DNA from: Carcharhinus longimanus
Lineage: Eukaryota
Direction of reading: 5' to 3'
DNA length: 64,000 bases
NCBI GenBank assembly: GCA_030264375.1
Contig: JASCQW010000099.1
Coordinates: 49,984,287-50,048,286 of the forward strand
Shown here: piece by piece, positions 61,141 through 64,000 of the stretch
How positions within the stretch are numbered: the stretch's first letter is position 1
Layout: the number at the start of each line of letters is the position of its first letter
Program-made: the position numbers and the translations under genes
Notes under the pieces: generated by a model
The model's input: the letters and a program-made list of their open reading frames with translations, nothing else
Database searches by the model: none
Told to the model about the DNA's origin: nothing

Positions 61141-62723
61141 ACATTAGTAATAATCACATTGTTAAATAATTAAACTCTTAGTTTTCAGACTTGACTATGC
61201 AATTTGCCACAGTTTGGAAATCCAGAAAATTTGTGAAATAGGGAGATTAAGAGCTGGGCACTGTTTGTTGACAAACAGCGGAGTGATATGAATCAGCCAG
61301 CAAGTTCTGAAGATCTGTGCCTTGCACTGTTCTTCTGAATCCCCTAAACCCTGTAGCCGATTTGCACATTAATAATGGTGTGTGTTAACAAACCATCAGT
61401 TTTCCAGAAGGATCCAACCTATTGTCATTTGATACAGAACATCTTTAATAGTACCCAGTAAAAGCTCTTGCTCTAGTATATGCTGCTCTCCCAGGAGAAT
61501 GTGGAGACAGGCTTTGAAGGAATAAATAGAAGTATATAAAAAAAATCAAAACCAACATCTCCTGTGATAAAAACTACCAAATATTATAAGCACTCTGCAC
61601 ATGAGGACCTGGACATTTGGAATGACATCTTTAGTTTTAGCAAAACCTTATTACAAAGGAACTGTTTGATATGCTGGAAGCTGTGATGTGCACTTGGGTT
61701 TAAAGTAGTAATTAAATCATTACAATTCAAGCACTTAGAGGAGTATTAAGTAAAGGCTGCCAGTTTGTACCTGCATTCCAATCTGGCACAGTAAACACAA
61801 TCAATTGAACATGATAATAGCCCTACATGTTCATGTGGGCTGCCATTATTTGTGCAGATGCTCAGTATGGTTTTAGTACCTTAGTGAAGCAGATAATAAT
61901 AGGCTTTACAGAACAAAATATTTTAGATACATTAACAAAATTAAAGTAAGCACATTGCTTGCACTTATATTTCATATATAAATGATTTTGATTTGTGTAA
62001 AGGTGCATGCACCTGTGAATCTTTGAAACGTTTCTGAGAATCGGCTTTTTCAATAGATTATAATGGATGTGAGGCCGCAAAATATTTCCAAAAGGCTGAC
62101 ATTTTCAGGTCTATGGGAAAGGTGGACTGGGGGGGAGGGAGGGGGTGGGTTGACAGGAGGTGAATTGCTCCTTCAGGAGGGGGCCAGCAGAGACGCAACA
62201 GGCTGAATGGCCCCCTGTGCTGTAACCATCCTAAGATCCTTCCTCATTATTACAGGAGCATTTTAATGTTTTATATTGAAACATTCAGATTGATTCTTTC
62301 TGTAAAGATACAAGCTTATCCAATTGTAGATGTTAAATGTTTATTGAGCCTGTTAACTCGTGAGGCTGTCCATTTGTTGAGAAAGTTGACAGGACTGCAG
62401 TGAGATAAGAACTTATCTCCTGACCTCTCGTGAAGTTTCCTGTTACATATGCAGCTGCAGGAATCCCCAGCTTGCTTTTCACAATGATGTGATTTGGCCC
62501 AGAGGATAAGGCATGAAATGGCTTTCCTTCCAGTGATGAAACATTACAATGTTATAACTCTGCATTTCACCACATTATAGGTGAAGAACAAAATTAATAT
62601 CTTGTTAATAACATGTAGGAAACTAAAGTAAGCATGTTACTCACTGAAAGCTAGTAAATCTGTAAAATAAGTTGTCTGAAGTTTTGTTTATTTTGCTAAT
62701 TATTCTTTCTTTTATGAACCTAG

Positions 62724-64000
62724 GGGGTAAACTGTGGTCTTATGTAAGCAAATTTCTCCAGAAAAAGTCTGAAGAAAGTTTTGAATCTCATGACTTGGAC
62801 AAGCGTGGTCCCAAATCAGTCACTATGTACGGTAGTTTTACCATGGACCAGTCAAGCACCGAAGGCATGAGCAGCAGTGTAGGCTCGGTGGGGAGTGACA
62901 TTGGAAATATGCTTCAGGGCCTACCTTTGAAGAGTAACCCGACTTCGAGTTCACAGGATGATAGCAGTGCCCCAGATGAAGATACTCAGGACAATTCACA
63001 GGAATTATTAGATTCGCCATCATCAGGATCTGAAGCAGTTGAAGAAGAATGTACCAGTAGTTATCTTACATTGTGCCATGAGTACGAACAGGAGAAAAAA
63101 GAGCCTGATCGTCTGACTTCAGAAACTTTTCCAACAGTTTGTGAAGATGTACCTGGAAGTTCGGCCGACCTGGGAGTGACCTCTCGGTCACATTCCCTTC
63201 TTAGTAATGACAGTCTCTGTTCCCCTGCTACAAGTCAAGAACTTCGGTTCTTCACAGAGGACATTAACACCGAGGCTTTTAGCCCAACAAAAACATCGGA
63301 GTCTCTAAATTTGTCCAAACATAGTCCAATGGAATTTTTCAGAATCGATAGCAAGGACAGTGCAAGTGAACTGGTAAGCCTCGACCCAGCAGAAAATGTA
63401 CAAAATGCAAAAACAGAATCAGCACCAATCTTTAATCTGGTGTCTGAAGTGGACAATAACGAGAGCTGCTTTGACATGAGTGACATTAAGCTGGAGTCAG
63501 TCATCTTTCTGGCCCCAGATACTTGCAGCAGAAGGTCCGCAAATGATTCTGTACCAGTGATCTCCTTTCAGGATGCAGCAGGTGGAGATACGAGCAGCTG
63601 TGAGGAGGGTAGGCCTGATCTATTAGTGAATTTGCCAGGTGTTTTAGGGGATGATGAGGCAGCTGGACTACTTTTATCTGATAAATGCAGTGTGGCTAAC
63701 ATTGATAATTCAGAGAATAGACAGTATGAGAAACCGGACGTTTTACTAATTAATTATAATGTTGATCATTGTGTGAATTCACAAGGAGCTCTGAAACTGA
63801 TTCTGCCAAAGGAAGAGGACTCTTATGGTCCAGATGTAGATAGTATCTCAACACAGCAGTTACAACTTTCTCAGAATGGAAAGGAACAAGACCTGTACAA
63901 GCGAATTGATGCCAGTTTGCATGAAGCGAAAGAAAAAGAACTTAATTCCTTGTTTTCCATCACCCATGCTGCAAATATGCCATCATGTTTGACTGTTGAA
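62724..64000 (+). CDS. RPS6KC1: RPS6KC1 large exon: end of first kinase half plus long acidic Ser-rich insert (open to window end)
   Basis: ATGAACCTAG|GG; GKLWSYVSKFL...LPLKS...SSQDDS...EEECTSSYLTLCHEYEQEK...SPMEFFRIDSKDSASEL...DSVPVISFQDAA...EGRPDLLVNLPG; no stop seen before 64000, which is why the ORF track omits it. Confidence 0.95.

Larger units (their letters stand above)
3663..64000 (+). other. RPS6KC1: RPS6KC1 gene body (partial; PX exons lie upstream, C-terminal kinase half downstream)
   Basis: Six GT-AG exons join in phase (1,0,0,0,1) into a continuous protein matching recalled vertebrate RPS6KC1 motifs. Confidence 0.95.

Noticed and set aside
975-63504. Most ORFs in the six-frame track as independent genes
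   Set aside because: Short, no recognisable domains, overlapping repeats or antisense to exons; only those overlapping RPS6KC1 exons or TE remnants are meaningful
3663-64000. Gene identity as RPS6KL1 or SNX15
   Set aside because: The SSDSDLLSLTVD linker and the long insert with SPMEFFRIDSKDS and EGRPDLLVNLPG fit RPS6KC1; SNX15 has no kinase-like exons

Overview
Eukaryotic (vertebrate) genomic DNA. The repeat content (HE1/V-SINE-like and SacSINE1/Deu-like SINEs, CR1, L2, Rex1, RTE and Penelope elements, GC-rich Harbinger-type MITEs) points to a cartilaginous fish, most likely a shark; that is an inference. The window lies inside one + strand gene, RPS6KC1 (PX-MIT-split pseudokinase). Six internal coding exons splice in consistent phase: 3663-4049, 33354-33478, 41385-41477, 50233-50280, 55763-55895 and 62724->64000 (runs off the window). 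Introns are 5.5-29.3 kb, full of decayed mobile elements, with several N gaps. Most interesting extras: (i) two strong microexon candidates on either side of the exon that starts the kinase N-lobe, a 7-nt frameshifting one (36664-36670) and a 6-nt in-frame one (42295-42300), plus a 36-nt stop-containing cassette candidate (8629-8664); (ii) several Penelope-like element ends carrying minimal hammerhead ribozyme motifs, two clear families; (iii) a 249-bp templated inverted duplication inside an old L2. Repeat boundaries are approximate and family names come from recalled motifs, not database searches.
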